Sequence record: SRR22947727_980
Direction: 5' to 3' (one strand)
DNA: 53,108 nt
In this document: positions 1-10,463 of the stretch, in pieces
How the letters are laid out: each line of letters opens with the position of its first letter
How positions within the stretch are numbered: position 1 is the stretch's first letter
Notes under the pieces: generated by a model
The model's input: only the letters and a program-made list of their open reading frames with translations
Database searches by the model: none
What the model was told of the DNA's origin: nothing
Position numbers and translations under genes: made by a program

Positions 1-1
1 T

Positions 2-169
2 CGAGAACAATTTGGTTATCTGGAATTTATACCAGGTGTTCCAGCAAATATAAGGTCTAGAGCCAAGCAAAATCTTAGTCTAATGAAGGACAATGTAATT
101 AACAGTGATGGAGCTGAAACTGTAAATGATACCAAATCTGTAAAAACTGAGAAAACTAATGAAAATTAA
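2..169 (+). CDS. 3' end of a YfgM/TPR-like membrane-anchored protein (partial, runs off window)
   Basis: Frame 2 open from window start: REQFGYLEFIPGVPANIRSRAKQNLSLM...TNEN* (TAA 167-169). Position immediately before bamB-der matches the conserved yfgM-bamB-der order. Confidence 0.6.
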   Translation, partial: REQFGYLEFIPGVPANIRSRAKQNLSLMKDNVINSDGAETVNDTKSVKTEKTNEN

Positions 170-1622
170 ATTAATGAAATATTATTTTAGTATAATCTCA
201 GTACTAATTTTGACTAGTTGTTCGACTATAAGTGGAATAGGTGACGCCGTAGGCTCAATTAATCCATTTGATAGGTCAGATGAAAAATCTAAGGCAGCTC
301 AAGGTAAAGTCGCTGGAGAAACAGATAGGATATCTATTTTAGAATTAAATGAAACACTAAAGGAATCAGAAAATATAAAACCAGAACAAATTGTTTTGCC
401 ACCTGCTTACTCAAATGTTAGCTGGCCCCAAGTTGGGGGTAATGCAGCTCATGCTTTACAGCACACAGATGCAAAAGGAAGTTTTCGTAAACTTTGGTCT
501 AAAAGTACAGGTAAAGGTTCTAATCGAAAAGGAAGAGTTGTTGCTCCCCCTGTCACAGATGGTGGCTATATATATACTATGGATGGAAATAACTTAATTA
601 CTGCTATGGACGTTATTTCAGGAAATAAATTATGGAAGTATAAGGTGGCTTTAACAGAACGGCAAAGAACACGTAAAGGAAGAGTGGGTGTTATAGAACG
701 TGTTCGAGACCCTCTTTCACTTTTGGATGGATCAGGAACTGATAAAGAGTCTGTTGGCGGTGGTATCGCTGTAGAAAATGGGAAGTTATTTGTTACATCA
801 GGATTGGGTGTGGTGAGCGGTTTAGATTCTAAGACCGGGGAAGAGATATGGCGTACTGTTACTAGAACCCCAATGCACTCTGCACCCACTTCTGCGGGTG
901 GGCGTGTGTTTGCTGTTTCGGATGATAACGAATTATTTGCTTTCAACGCTGAAACTGGAGAAGTTATTTGGACTTATCAGGGAATAGTTGAAAGTGCTAG
1001 GATGCTAACTGCTCCCAGCCCTGCTGTCGTTGGGGATACAGTTATATCTGGTTTTGCTTCAGGTGAGTTAATAGCATTAAGAGTGCAAAATGGAAGTGTC
1101 CTTTGGCAAGATGCTCTATCTTCAGCAGGGCAATTAACACCCTTAGCCTCACTGAATGACATTGCTTCAGGACCAGTGGTGGATGATGGATATGTTATTG
1201 CATCAGCTCAGTCAGGAGTAACTAGTGCTTTTGATTTACGAACTGGACAGAGAATATGGACGCAGCCTGCTGGTTCGTTAAATTTTCCATTACTAGCTGG
1301 AGACTTTGTTTACCTAGCTATGACGGATGGTCGAATTATATGCATGTCTAAAACTGATGGTTCAGTAATTTGGATTAAACAGCTTCGATCTCACAAAAAC
1401 ATCAAGAAAAAGAAGAAACGCATATCTTATTCCGGTCCAATATTTGTGGGTGAAAGACTTATGGTCATGTCATCAAGAGGTAAAGCAATAACATTAAATC
1501 CTTATGATGGGACTATAATTGATGAATTTAAAGTTGGTGGAAATGTTTTTATTGCTCCGGTAATTGCGAATGAGACAGTATTTGTTATGACCAATTCTGC
1601 TAAACTTATCGCTTTCCGGTAG
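159..1622 (+). CDS. bamB: Outer-membrane assembly lipoprotein BamB (PQQ-like beta-propeller)
   Basis: Lipobox ILTSC; repeated propeller blades (xxTGExxW, xxDGSVIW); directly upstream of der. Confidence 0.88.
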   Translation: MKIKLMKYYFSIISVLILTSCSTISGIGDAVGSINPFDRSDEKSKAAQGKVAGETDRISILELNETLKESENIKPEQIVLPPAYSNVSWPQVGGNAAHALQHTDAKGSFRKLWSKSTGKGSNRKGRVVAPPVTDGGYIYTMDGNNLITAMDVISGNKLWKYKVALTERQRTRKGRVGVIERVRDPLSLLDGSGTDKESVGGGIAVENGKLFVTSGLGVVSGLDSKTGEEIWRTVTRTPMHSAPTSAGGRVFAVSDDNELFAFNAETGEVIWTYQGIVESARMLTAPSPAVVGDTVISGFASGELIALRVQNGSVLWQDALSSAGQLTPLASLNDIASGPVVDDGYVIASAQSGVTSAFDLRTGQRIWTQPAGSLNFPLLAGDFVYLAMTDGRIICMSKTDGSVIWIKQLRSHKNIKKKKKRISYSGPIFVGERLMVMSSRGKAITLNPYDGTIIDEFKVGGNVFIAPVIANETVFVMTNSAKLIAFR

Positions 1623-1632
1623 TTATACAAAT

Positions 1633-3087
1633 ATGTCCATTGATTCAGGTAAGTTCAAGGATAATGAATCCAATTTAGAAACCCCCAGGGAGCTTCGACC
1701 TGCAAAAATTGCAATCGTTGGAAGACCTAATGTTGGAAAATCAACGATATTTAATCGTTTAGCAGGTAAGAAATTAGCGATTGTTAACGATACTCCTGGT
1801 GTAACAAGAGACATTCGTGAGGTAAGGTCAAAGCTTCGAGGCCATAATATGGTGCTGATGGATACTGCTGGTTTCGAGAATGCTAAAGGTCACAAAATTG
1901 AAGCTAAAATGCGAGCCCAAACTGAGTCGGCTGTGCTTGATGCTGATATCATTTTGTTTGTATATGATGCACGTGAGGGTGTTACCCCACTTGACCGTAC
2001 TTTTGCTGAATTTGTAAGACAAAGTAATAAAACGACCTTTCTAGTAGCTAATAAATGTGAAAGTTCTGCTGCAGACGCAGGAATTACTGATGGTTACTCT
2101 TTAGGAATGGGAGACCCCATAGAGGTAGCGGCTGAGCATAATATTGGTTTTGGAGAGCTTGATGATATGGTTGAGCTTGCCTTGCGCGATGTTGATTTAA
2201 GTCTTCGAAATGATAATATTGATTATGAAGAGGCCCCTGTTCGTATTGCGATAGTGGGTAGGCCAAATGCCGGTAAATCTACATTAATCAATACTTTAAT
2301 TGGTGAAAATAGACTTCTAGTTGGACCTGAAGCTGGTATTACCCGCGACTCTATAACAATCGACTATATGTGGCAAGATCGCCGTGTTCAATTTCATGAT
2401 ACTGCTGGATTACGTAAAAAATCAAAAGTACATGAAACTCTGGAAGTACTGTCAGTGCAAGACACATTGAGGGCAATTAAATTTGCACAGGTTGTTATCT
2501 TATTGATGGACTCAACTAAGCCATTAGATAAGCAGGACCTTCAAATAGCCGCACTATGTGAACGTGAAGGTAGAGCACTTGTTTTGGGAGCTTCAAAGTG
2601 GGATTTAGTAAAAAACAAGTCAGAGACTTCAAAATTTCTACGTGATGAAACTAAGAGATTATTACCTCAATTAAAAGGCTTAGAAATAATTATGTTTTCT
2701 GGACTAACGGGTAAAAGTGTTGATCGTTTATTACCAGCTATTGAACGGGTGCAGATTAATTGGTCAGCCAAAGTTAAAACATCGGATTTAAATGACTGGT
2801 TACGTGAAAAAGTACAGCGGCACCCACCTCCAGCTGTAAATGGTAGACGTATTAAACCAAAATATATCTCTCAGACTAAAACAAGACCTCCTACATTTAT
2901 ATTAAAGTGTTCAAGGGCTACAAAGTTGCCTGAAAGTTACAAAAGATATTTGATTAATGGTCTCAGAGAGGATTTTGATCTACCATCCGTTCCAATCAGA
3001 TTTTTTGTGAGAGCGGATGAAAACCCTTATGATAATACTGTTCGCAAACAAGGAATAGAGCCTTTGCGGAAAAAGGATAGGCCTTAA
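1633..3087 (+). CDS. der: Ribosome biogenesis GTPase Der (EngA)
   Basis: Two tandem G domains: GRPNVGKS/DTAG/NKCE and GRPNAGKS/DTAG/SKWD; C-terminal KH-like domain. Confidence 0.97.
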   Translation: MSIDSGKFKDNESNLETPRELRPAKIAIVGRPNVGKSTIFNRLAGKKLAIVNDTPGVTRDIREVRSKLRGHNMVLMDTAGFENAKGHKIEAKMRAQTESAVLDADIILFVYDAREGVTPLDRTFAEFVRQSNKTTFLVANKCESSAADAGITDGYSLGMGDPIEVAAEHNIGFGELDDMVELALRDVDLSLRNDNIDYEEAPVRIAIVGRPNAGKSTLINTLIGENRLLVGPEAGITRDSITIDYMWQDRRVQFHDTAGLRKKSKVHETLEVLSVQDTLRAIKFAQVVILLMDSTKPLDKQDLQIAALCEREGRALVLGASKWDLVKNKSETSKFLRDETKRLLPQLKGLEIIMFSGLTGKSVDRLLPAIERVQINWSAKVKTSDLNDWLREKVQRHPPPAVNGRRIKPKYISQTKTRPPTFILKCSRATKLPESYKRYLINGLREDFDLPSVPIRFFVRADENPYDNTVRKQGIEPLRKKDRP

Positions 3088-4158
3088 TTAACCTATTTGC
3101 CCTCTGTGTCTAAGCTTATGGTCTGCAAGTACACAAGCTAGCATTGCCTCTGCCACAGGCACACCCCTTATTCCGACGCAAGGGTCATGTCTTCCTTTTG
3201 TTTTCAAATCAATTTCTTGTCCATCAGAATTGATGCTTTGTACGGTTTTTAATATTGAGGATGTTGGCTTAATCGCTATGCGAACTATGATATCATCTCC
3301 ATTAGATATACCTCCTAATATTCCGCCAGAATTATTACTTAGAAAATGTGGTTTACCTTTGTTCATTCTTAATTCATCAGCATTCTGAGTGCCGTTCCAT
3401 CCAGCTGAATTAAAGCCAGCTCCTATTTCAACACCTTTTGCTGCATTTATACTCATCATACCCATTGCGATATCAGAGTCTAATTTTCCATAAATTGGAG
3501 CACCCCATCCGGCAGGAACACCAGAGGCGTGTATTTCAATAACAGCTCCTACTGAATTACCCTCTTTTCTGATGGAGTCTAAATAAGATTCCCAGTTTGA
3601 AACTGAATCAGGGTCAGGACACCAGAATGGATTGTTATCTGTTACATCCAAATTAAATTTTGTTCTATTAATTTTTAATTCCCCAATCTGTACAACAGCT
3701 CCCCTTATTTTTATATCTTTTCCCAGGACTTTTCTGGCAATTGCCCCAGCTGCAACACGATTAGCAGTTTCACGTGCAGAACTTCTACCCCCACCCCTAT
3801 AATCACGTATTCCATACTTATTCTGATAAGTCATATCCGCATGGCCTGGGCGATAACTTGATTTTATCTCTGAATAATCTTTACTTCGTTGATCTGTATT
3901 TTCTATCATTAAACTTATTGGAGTTCCTGTGGTTTTTCCTTCAAATACCCCAGATAAAATTTTAACAATATCAGCTTCTCTTCTTTGAGTAACGAAACGT
4001 GAAGTACCTGGTTTTCTTTTATTTAAGTATTTTTGAATGTCGAATTCAGATAATTCAACAAGTGGGGGGCAGCCGTCTATAACGCAGCCTATAGCTGGTC
4101 CGTGACTTTCTCCCCATGTAGTAAATCGAAATAGGTGTCCAAAGGTATTGTGTGACAT
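3088..4158 (-). CDS. aroC: Chorismate synthase
   Basis: GESHG, RPGHAD, RSSARET and GRHDPCV signatures. Confidence 0.98.
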   Translation of the reverse strand: MSHNTFGHLFRFTTWGESHGPAIGCVIDGCPPLVELSEFDIQKYLNKRKPGTSRFVTQRREADIVKILSGVFEGKTTGTPISLMIENTDQRSKDYSEIKSSYRPGHADMTYQNKYGIRDYRGGGRSSARETANRVAAGAIARKVLGKDIKIRGAVVQIGELKINRTKFNLDVTDNNPFWCPDPDSVSNWESYLDSIRKEGNSVGAVIEIHASGVPAGWGAPIYGKLDSDIAMGMMSINAAKGVEIGAGFNSAGWNGTQNADELRMNKGKPHFLSNNSGGILGGISNGDDIIVRIAIKPTSSILKTVQSINSDGQEIDLKTKGRHDPCVGIRGVPVAEAMLACVLADHKLRHRGQIG

Positions 4159-4242
4159 ATTAATATCTTTAGACGTCTAAGATATATAATGCCAGAGGAA
4201 GTTGACTAATATTTAACAAATATATCAATTTATATATTATTT

Positions 4243-4275
4243 AAAAATAAAAAATGGAGGGTTTAACCCTCCATT
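4243..4275 (-). terminator. Rho-independent terminator of the TonB-dependent receptor gene
   Basis: Inverted repeat AATGGAGGG-TTTAA-CCCTCCATT (4253-4275) followed on the minus strand by a T-rich tract, about 25 nt after the stop at 4300. Confidence 0.85.
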
Positions 4276-4299
4276 ATATAGTTCGAGACTTACGTTAAA

Positions 4300-7200
4300 T
4301 TAAAAATTATAATTAGCACCAAATCTGATTTCATATGCTGAAGCATCGAAACTTGTTGAGAATGGTTGTCCTTCCACCAATGTGCGAGGGAAACCAGGTT
4401 GCTCAAGAACGCCCCATTTGTCATTAATTAGATTAGTTAGATTATCAATGACCATGAACACTTGCGCTCTGTCGCCATCACGCATGCCTGGCAATTCCTG
4501 AGAAATTTTTAAGTCAACTTTAGTCCAGCTTGGGCCAGTGAACTGATTTCTAGTTGTACCTTGTTGAAGGATGCTTGAGTTACCTAAAAATGGAGTGAAA
4601 CTATAGATACTATTTTCTACTCCATCTTGGGTGCGGCTGTATGGACGTCCTGAGCTAGATTGGAAGAAAGCAAAGATACGAGTATCATAGTCTTTCCAAA
4701 AATCTTTTGTGTAAGATACTGAACCTGAAAAACGATGCTTAATATTATAATTCGAAGGAGCTAATACCTCTTCTTCTGGGTCTAGAAATGCTCTGTTGTT
4801 ATAGTTTGAAAACGCAACAGAACTTGTCATAGGCGATACATCTTTTGCATTTGAGTAAGCATAACCAAAGGTCGCTGCCCATCCACTATCCCAGTCCTTT
4901 GAAATACCGAGAGAGGCTACAAAAGCTTCATTTCCAATTTCACTATTAGTCAAAGTAAAGGCATCCATGTTAGGACTGTCATATGTCGGGTATGTAACGC
5001 CATCGACAATGCGTGTTCCATCTTGGATAAGGTCAGCACGTTTAATTATTGCCGTATCTTTACTTTTGGAAATTAATAGGTCGGCTTGGAACAACCATGG
5101 ACCACCAAATATATCCTCACCAGTATTAAAATCTGGTGTCCATGTAGCACCAAGGGAGTATTTCCAATCGGATGGAATTTTAAAGTCAGGGTCAAGGTAG
5201 TTAAGTTCAAAATTACTACCTACTCCAGTAGCCACTGAATCATAGACTACATCTGGTATTGCATAACCAGCAAAGTTAGGAACTCCTTCTTCAGCACCGG
5301 AGTATGTTTGAGCAAACAAGTCGATTGGATTTGGCTGTCCACCACGACCAGCACGTGCTAGTGCACCCACTTGATCAATATTATTTGCTGAATAGTTGTT
5401 TGAAAGCCAAACATTTGGATTACCACCTGAGTATCTACCAATTCCGCCTCGAAGTTGTAAGTCATCAGCCGCGTCCCATGTAAATGCTAAACGAGGCTGC
5501 AATAGGCTTTTGCCATCGAGTGTTTGAGAATTAGAGAATCCATATTCTTGAAGAAAATCAGGATTTTCTGTTGGTGCGTCTGAAGTTGTATACCAATCAA
5601 AACGTGCACCAGCTATAACAGACAAGCTGTCATTTAATTGAATTTCGTCTTGAGCGTATACTGTATTGATAGCATAACCCCAATCAGCAGCTGCATCTAC
5701 AGGGTTTTGCGATGGTGCGTTATTATAGTATATACGATCGACTTGGCCAGCCTCGAATTCATCAATACCACGAAAACGGAGCTCTGTTTCTGTATGTTGC
5801 ACAAATAAATTAAAGATGTTCAAATTACGGTGTTCTGCACCGAATAGTAATGAATGGTTTCCGGCATCATAGTTTGCCCTAAAAGACAAATCTAACTGAT
5901 CATAAGCTAATTTGTTTGCTTGACGGCTATCATCGCCACCCAAGTAGACTGTTACGCCACGGTCGGTACGTATTTGGATTTCTCCAAAATCATTTCCACC
6001 AATTGAACGCACATCATTTTCAAGATCCAGATAACCTACTCTAACTTCTGTTGAGAAATTGTCTGACCAGTCTGAATAGATGGCTCCAGATATGGACTCA
6101 AGCTTAGAGCCTCTGTTGTAAAGGTGATTTGAGAATTCATATTCATTACTATCCCCGTCAGAACGTACTGTGTTGAAGCCATCATTATAATTATATGTGA
6201 AGGCAGCTCTGTGCTGGTCATTAATATTCCAGTCGAGCTTAACTAATATTTTTTCATCGGCATTGGCAAAGCTTGAAGGCGTTGTGCCTGGGTTATATTG
6301 ATAAACGCGATTAGAGATTTCTGAAATTCGGTCAAGTTCCGCTTGGCTGACCTGAAAATTACCCGTTCCAATAGTTTGGTCTAGATTAAATGTATTCGCA
6401 CCCTCTAGTTTTTCATAAGCTACATTGAAGAAGAGCTTATCTTTGATGATTGGGCCATTTACGTTTATGCCATAACGGATTTCATCATAATCATTGTAAT
6501 TTGCATCTCTTCCATCAACTTTTTTTCCACGGAGTCCGTTATCAGTGTAATCCATAAATGCGCCGCCGTGAATTTCATTCGTACCCGATTTCGTAACTGA
6601 GTTAATGTTACATGCTGTAAATCCACCGTATTTTACATCAAAAGGAGCAATCTCAACGGAAACTTGTTCAATAGCATCAAAAGGAAATGGTTGGCGCTCT
6701 GTAGGGTATCCATTTGAATTTAAACCAAAAGCATCATTCATAGAGATACCGTCAAGTGTTATTGAGTTGAATCTTGAACTTTGCCCTACGCACTGTACTG
6801 AGTTTATATCTCCTCTGGATTCGTCCACATAAACTCTAGGGTCTAATCTAATAATATCAGCAATATTTCTGTTTATTGCAGGTGCATTTTCTAATGTTAC
6901 CTGACTGAATGTTGCACTAGGGCCAACTGCTACATCTGCTAAAACTTGCTTTTGAGCCACAACAATGATTTCGTCCACGGAACTGCTTGCATCAAGAGAA
7001 AAGTTCATCGAGGTCGAACCACCGAGTGAAAGGCTGATGTTTTCCACGCGCTTACCTTGGAAACCATTTGCTGACACTGTTACTTCATACTGACCTGAAA
7101 CGGGCAAGTTTCTAACAGCAAAACTACCAGATACATCAGTTTGTGCGCTTCTCGTTAAGCTTGTAGCTGTATTTGTTATAGTTACTTGTGCTCCGGATAA

Positions 7201-7347
7201 AGGTGCATTGCTAGAAGTTGTAACATAACCCTGTACTTCTGATGTTGTAACTTGCGCTTGTGCTATTGAACCAAGGCTCATAGCAAGGGCTATAGATGAT
7301 GCGCTCATGATGGCTTTGAAGCCTAATGAAGTAATGTGTGAGTTCAT
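4300..7347 (-). CDS. TonB-dependent receptor, Oar-like, with N-terminal carboxypeptidase-regulatory-like domain; candidate nucleoside/nucleic-acid fragment uptake
   Basis: Signal peptide (..AQA-Q); N-terminal LSGAQVTI...GSF...Y.VTVSA.GF domain; plug motifs (NSITLDG, YGGFTACNINSVTKSGTNE); C-terminal RFGANYNF. Substrate inferred only from neighbours. Confidence 0.9.
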   Translation of the reverse strand: MNSHITSLGFKAIMSASSIALAMSLGSIAQAQVTTSEVQGYVTTSSNAPLSGAQVTITNTATSLTRSAQTDVSGSFAVRNLPVSGQYEVTVSANGFQGKRVENISLSLGGSTSMNFSLDASSSVDEIIVVAQKQVLADVAVGPSATFSQVTLENAPAINRNIADIIRLDPRVYVDESRGDINSVQCVGQSSRFNSITLDGISMNDAFGLNSNGYPTERQPFPFDAIEQVSVEIAPFDVKYGGFTACNINSVTKSGTNEIHGGAFMDYTDNGLRGKKVDGRDANYNDYDEIRYGINVNGPIIKDKLFFNVAYEKLEGANTFNLDQTIGTGNFQVSQAELDRISEISNRVYQYNPGTTPSSFANADEKILVKLDWNINDQHRAAFTYNYNDGFNTVRSDGDSNEYEFSNHLYNRGSKLESISGAIYSDWSDNFSTEVRVGYLDLENDVRSIGGNDFGEIQIRTDRGVTVYLGGDDSRQANKLAYDQLDLSFRANYDAGNHSLLFGAEHRNLNIFNLFVQHTETELRFRGIDEFEAGQVDRIYYNNAPSQNPVDAAADWGYAINTVYAQDEIQLNDSLSVIAGARFDWYTTSDAPTENPDFLQEYGFSNSQTLDGKSLLQPRLAFTWDAADDLQLRGGIGRYSGGNPNVWLSNNYSANNIDQVGALARAGRGGQPNPIDLFAQTYSGAEEGVPNFAGYAIPDVVYDSVATGVGSNFELNYLDPDFKIPSDWKYSLGATWTPDFNTGEDIFGGPWLFQADLLISKSKDTAIIKRADLIQDGTRIVDGVTYPTYDSPNMDAFTLTNSEIGNEAFVASLGISKDWDSGWAATFGYAYSNAKDVSPMTSSVAFSNYNNRAFLDPEEEVLAPSNYNIKHRFSGSVSYTKDFWKDYDTRIFAFFQSSSGRPYSRTQDGVENSIYSFTPFLGNSSILQQGTTRNQFTGPSWTKVDLKISQELPGMRDGDRAQVFMVIDNLTNLINDKWGVLEQPGFPRTLVEGQPFSTSFDASAYEIRFGANYNF

Positions 7348-7485
7348 TTAATTCTCTATGGGTTGTGAGATTTATCTCGGGTGAATCATTAAAAAAATTT
7401 AATCTTGAGCATTAATACTTATTTTTCGTCCATCATGCCACCTATCAACAACAAAAAACTGTGAATTGAAATTATTTTTTTTATA

Positions 7486-7503
7486 TGTTGTACTCTTACA
7501 ACA
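7486..7503. promoter_or_regulatory. Palindromic candidate transcription-factor site between the divergent receptor and udk genes
   Basis: TGTTGTA-CTCT-TACAACA, perfect 7-bp inverted repeat. Confidence 0.55.
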
Positions 7504-7588
7504 CCTCTGACTTCACTTAATAGAAAATATCATTAGCATCTATAAGAATGGTTTGTTAGTTAGGGGCTAATTTAAAAAAGTAATATTT

Positions 7589-8221
7589 ATGTCACATATC
7601 ATAGTTATTTCAGGTGGTAGCTGTTCCGGAAAAACCACTTTAGCAAGACTCTTACAAGAACGTTTAGGGCCTAATCGCTCCATGATCATTTGTCAGGACG
7701 ATTATTACCTCGATATACGCGAGAGAGTGACAGATGATAAAATTCCAAACTTTGATATTCCCGATGCTCTTGATTTTAATTTACTATTAGAAAACCTTGA
7801 GTGCCTGAAGGAAAATAAGTCAGTCGTTTTACCTAAGTATGACTTTTCAGTGCATCAAAGAATTGATTCTTCCAGCCTCACAGATCCAAAAGATTTCATA
7901 ATTGTAGAAGGTTTATTGTTGTTAGATAATCCTGGAATTAGAAATTTTTCCGATTTATCTGTATATCTATCTTGTTCTAAAGACATCCGATTTGAGCGAA
8001 GACTAACTAGGGATGTTAAAGAAAGAAAAAGAATAAAGGAATTCGTTATTAAACAATTTTCGAATGATGTTGAGCCAGCACATGTCAAGTACATTAAACC
8101 CTCCTCTGTTCATGCAGATTTAATCATAGATCAAAATGACTTTATAAATTCTGTTGACCAAGTGCTAGAGACTATTATGGATTTACTTCCTAAGGTTGAT
8201 TCTAAAAAATCAGTTTGTTAA
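7589..8221 (+). CDS. udk: Uridine kinase family protein
   Basis: P-loop GGSCSGKTT, QDDYY, NFDIPDA, IIVEGLL, RRLTRD. Confidence 0.88.
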   Translation: MSHIIVISGGSCSGKTTLARLLQERLGPNRSMIICQDDYYLDIRERVTDDKIPNFDIPDALDFNLLLENLECLKENKSVVLPKYDFSVHQRIDSSSLTDPKDFIIVEGLLLLDNPGIRNFSDLSVYLSCSKDIRFERRLTRDVKERKRIKEFVIKQFSNDVEPAHVKYIKPSSVHADLIIDQNDFINSVDQVLETIMDLLPKVDSKKSVC

Positions 8222-8244
8222 ACACTTCCTCTTAGGGGCAATTT

Positions 8245-9477
8245 ATGAATCATCCAGCTTTTGGCTTAATAGGCGTTTTTCTCATTCTTTTAATGGCATG
8301 GCTTTTTTCAGAGAATAGGAAAGCAATAAGACTCAGAACAGTCTTTATTTGTTTCGCGTTGCAAGTTTTTATAGCTGTTTTAGTATTATATGTACCTTTT
8401 GGTCAAAAAGTTCTCACAGGAATGTCTGATCTCGTAATCACTTTACTTTCCTATGCTGATGTTGGGATAGATTTTGTATTTGGCGGCTTAGCATCTGAGA
8501 ATATTGGCTTTAGTTTCTTAATTAGAGTCTTGCCAGTTGTTATTTTTTTTGCTGCCTTAATGGAGGTTATGTATCACCTTAAAGTTATGCAATTTATTGT
8601 ACGTCACGCAGGAAGAGCAATATGTAAATTAACAAATACGAGACCTGTTGAATCTTTAAATGTGGTAGCCAATATCTTTGTTGGGCAGACTGAAGCACCT
8701 TTGAGTCTTAAGCCATATTTGCCAAGTATTTCTCGACCTGAACTCTTTACTATCATGGTTTCTGGTATGGCTTCAATTGCAGGAACTGTTTTAGCTGGTT
8801 ATATTCAATTAGGTATCAAGCCTGAATATCTAATTGCAGCTTGCTTTATGTCGGCCCCTGCAGGGCTATTAATGGCAAAGATAATAATGCCATCCAGTGA
8901 TGAAGATTTTGATAAACCAGTGGATGAAGTGTTTGATCTCGCTGATGACCGTGAACATGCAAATGTTATTTTAGCCGCCGCTGTAGGCGCGCAGAATGGT
9001 ATGAAGCTTGCTGTTAATATAGGAGCAATGTTGTTAGCTTTCGTATCTTTGATTGCTTTATGTAATGGACTTCTTGGTTGGGCTGGAGGTTTTTTTGGCG
9101 TTGATAGCTTATCCATGCAAACAATTCTTGGTTTTATATTTGCTCCTGTAATGCTGGTATTAAATGTTCCATGGGCGGAGGCACAACAAGCTGGAGCTAT
9201 TTTTGGAGAAAAAATTGTACTTAATGAATTCATAGCATACATAAGTCTTGTAGATGTGCAGGGACAGCTATCCGAACGTACAGTTGTTGTTTTGACTTTC
9301 GCACTTTGTGGGTTTGCTAATTTTAGCTCAATTGCTATTTTGCTCGGGGGCCTTGGGGCCCTTATTCCTGACCGTATGTCTGAAATGGCAAAGATGGGAA
9401 TCAAAGCGGTATTTGCTGCTTCTCTTGCAAACTTAATGAACGCTGCTTTGGCAGGGATACTAATCAGTGGTTTTTAA
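8245..9477 (+). CDS. nupC: Concentrative nucleoside transporter (CNT/NupC family)
   Basis: Multi-TM; ANIFVGQTEAPL, GMASIAG, NEFIAY, FALCGFANFSS CNT motifs. Confidence 0.93.
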   Translation: MNHPAFGLIGVFLILLMAWLFSENRKAIRLRTVFICFALQVFIAVLVLYVPFGQKVLTGMSDLVITLLSYADVGIDFVFGGLASENIGFSFLIRVLPVVIFFAALMEVMYHLKVMQFIVRHAGRAICKLTNTRPVESLNVVANIFVGQTEAPLSLKPYLPSISRPELFTIMVSGMASIAGTVLAGYIQLGIKPEYLIAACFMSAPAGLLMAKIIMPSSDEDFDKPVDEVFDLADDREHANVILAAAVGAQNGMKLAVNIGAMLLAFVSLIALCNGLLGWAGGFFGVDSLSMQTILGFIFAPVMLVLNVPWAEAQQAGAIFGEKIVLNEFIAYISLVDVQGQLSERTVVVLTFALCGFANFSSIAILLGGLGALIPDRMSEMAKMGIKAVFAASLANLMNAALAGILISGF

Positions 9478-10402
9478 GTCCAATTTCAATTAAACGTTGA
9501 GTTAGGAAGTCTTGCGCTGTAATTGCTGGCTCGGCTTCACGGTCCTCACTCAAGCAGCTTTTCAGTGGCTCAATTATTGTGTCATTGTTAAGATGTAAAA
9601 AGAAAGGTTTTGAATATCTTGAAAACATTGCTCTACTTGGCTTTGGATTTATAACGCGATGGGTTGTTGAAGGCAAAAGACCAGATGTTATTCTTTGAAG
9701 CATATCGCCAACATTGACAACAACCGCTCCTTTTTTAGTATTAATATCTATCCAGTTTCCAGACCTGTGTTTGGCTTGAAGTCCTGACTCTGATGCTCCG
9801 AGTAATAGTGTTATAAGGTTAATGTCTTCATGCTCGCCTGCACGTACTGAGCCATTTGGGGGAGTTACTTTTTGAGCAGGATAATGTAGGAGCCTTAATA
9901 TGGAGTTACCAAAATTCACTTTATTTTGAAACCAATCTTCATTTAAATTTAAATAAATAGCTATTGCTTTTAGTAACTCATTTCCAAATTTATCAAATTC
10001 TTCATATAATTTAAATATGTTTTGGTCGAAATTCTTTATTTCAAGAACGGGTGGGGTGCATTTCATTGTTTTGTTATACTTTGACGATGGAGGAAGCTTT
10101 CTTCCTGTATGCCAAAATTCTTTTAAATCTGCTTCTTTTTTGTTCTTTGCATTTTCTGTACCGATAGGTGAATAACCACGTTGAAAGCCATCTTCTGGAT
10201 CAGAATATTTTTGTTTAATATTTTGCGGCAATGAAAAAAAAGCTTCAGATGATATATCGGCATCATGAATTACTTTTTCAGGTATTCTATGATTTTCAAT
10301 TACAGCAAATCCAGTTTCTTTAAATGATTGACCGAGTAATTTAGAAAAAGCAAACTTATTTATGCTCCAAAGTTGATAATCAATTGGATCTAATTTGATC
10401 AT
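9464..10402 (-). CDS. 2-oxoglutarate/Fe(II)-dependent oxygenase, isopenicillin-N-synthase-like (DIOX_N + 2OG-FeII_Oxy)
   Basis: N-terminal GFAVIENHRI...FFSLP; LRLLHYP; metal ligands H-E-D (HEDINLITLL) and H (STTHRV); RYS 2OG-binding motif; NVGDMLQ. Confidence 0.9.
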   Translation of the reverse strand: MIKLDPIDYQLWSINKFAFSKLLGQSFKETGFAVIENHRIPEKVIHDADISSEAFFSLPQNIKQKYSDPEDGFQRGYSPIGTENAKNKKEADLKEFWHTGRKLPPSSKYNKTMKCTPPVLEIKNFDQNIFKLYEEFDKFGNELLKAIAIYLNLNEDWFQNKVNFGNSILRLLHYPAQKVTPPNGSVRAGEHEDINLITLLLGASESGLQAKHRSGNWIDINTKKGAVVVNVGDMLQRITSGLLPSTTHRVINPKPSRAMFSRYSKPFFLHLNNDTIIEPLKSCLSEDREAEPAITAQDFLTQRLIEIGLKNH

Positions 10403-10463
10403 ATGATGCTTTCAGTTAACATTTTATACTATAATATATATTGTAATTTATATAGCAAACTAA

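Noticed and set aside
4171-4178. AGACGTCT as a MetJ Met box
   Set aside because: Single copy only. MetJ needs tandem boxes and is essentially gammaproteobacterial, and aroC is not a Met-regulon gene.
8805-9404. 199-aa antisense ORF inside nupC (also 566-946, 24597-24941, 33963-34367, 42047-42559 and other short overlapping ORFs)
   Set aside because: They lie opposite or out of frame within well-supported genes and have no recognisable motifs; typical shadow ORFs.
9464-10402. Beta-lactam or secondary-metabolite cluster suggested by the IPNS-like oxygenase and nearby MBL-fold gene
   Set aside because: No NRPS, PKS or tailoring genes; the neighbours are nucleoside-salvage genes and the MBL protein is LACTB2-like rather than a class B beta-lactamase.
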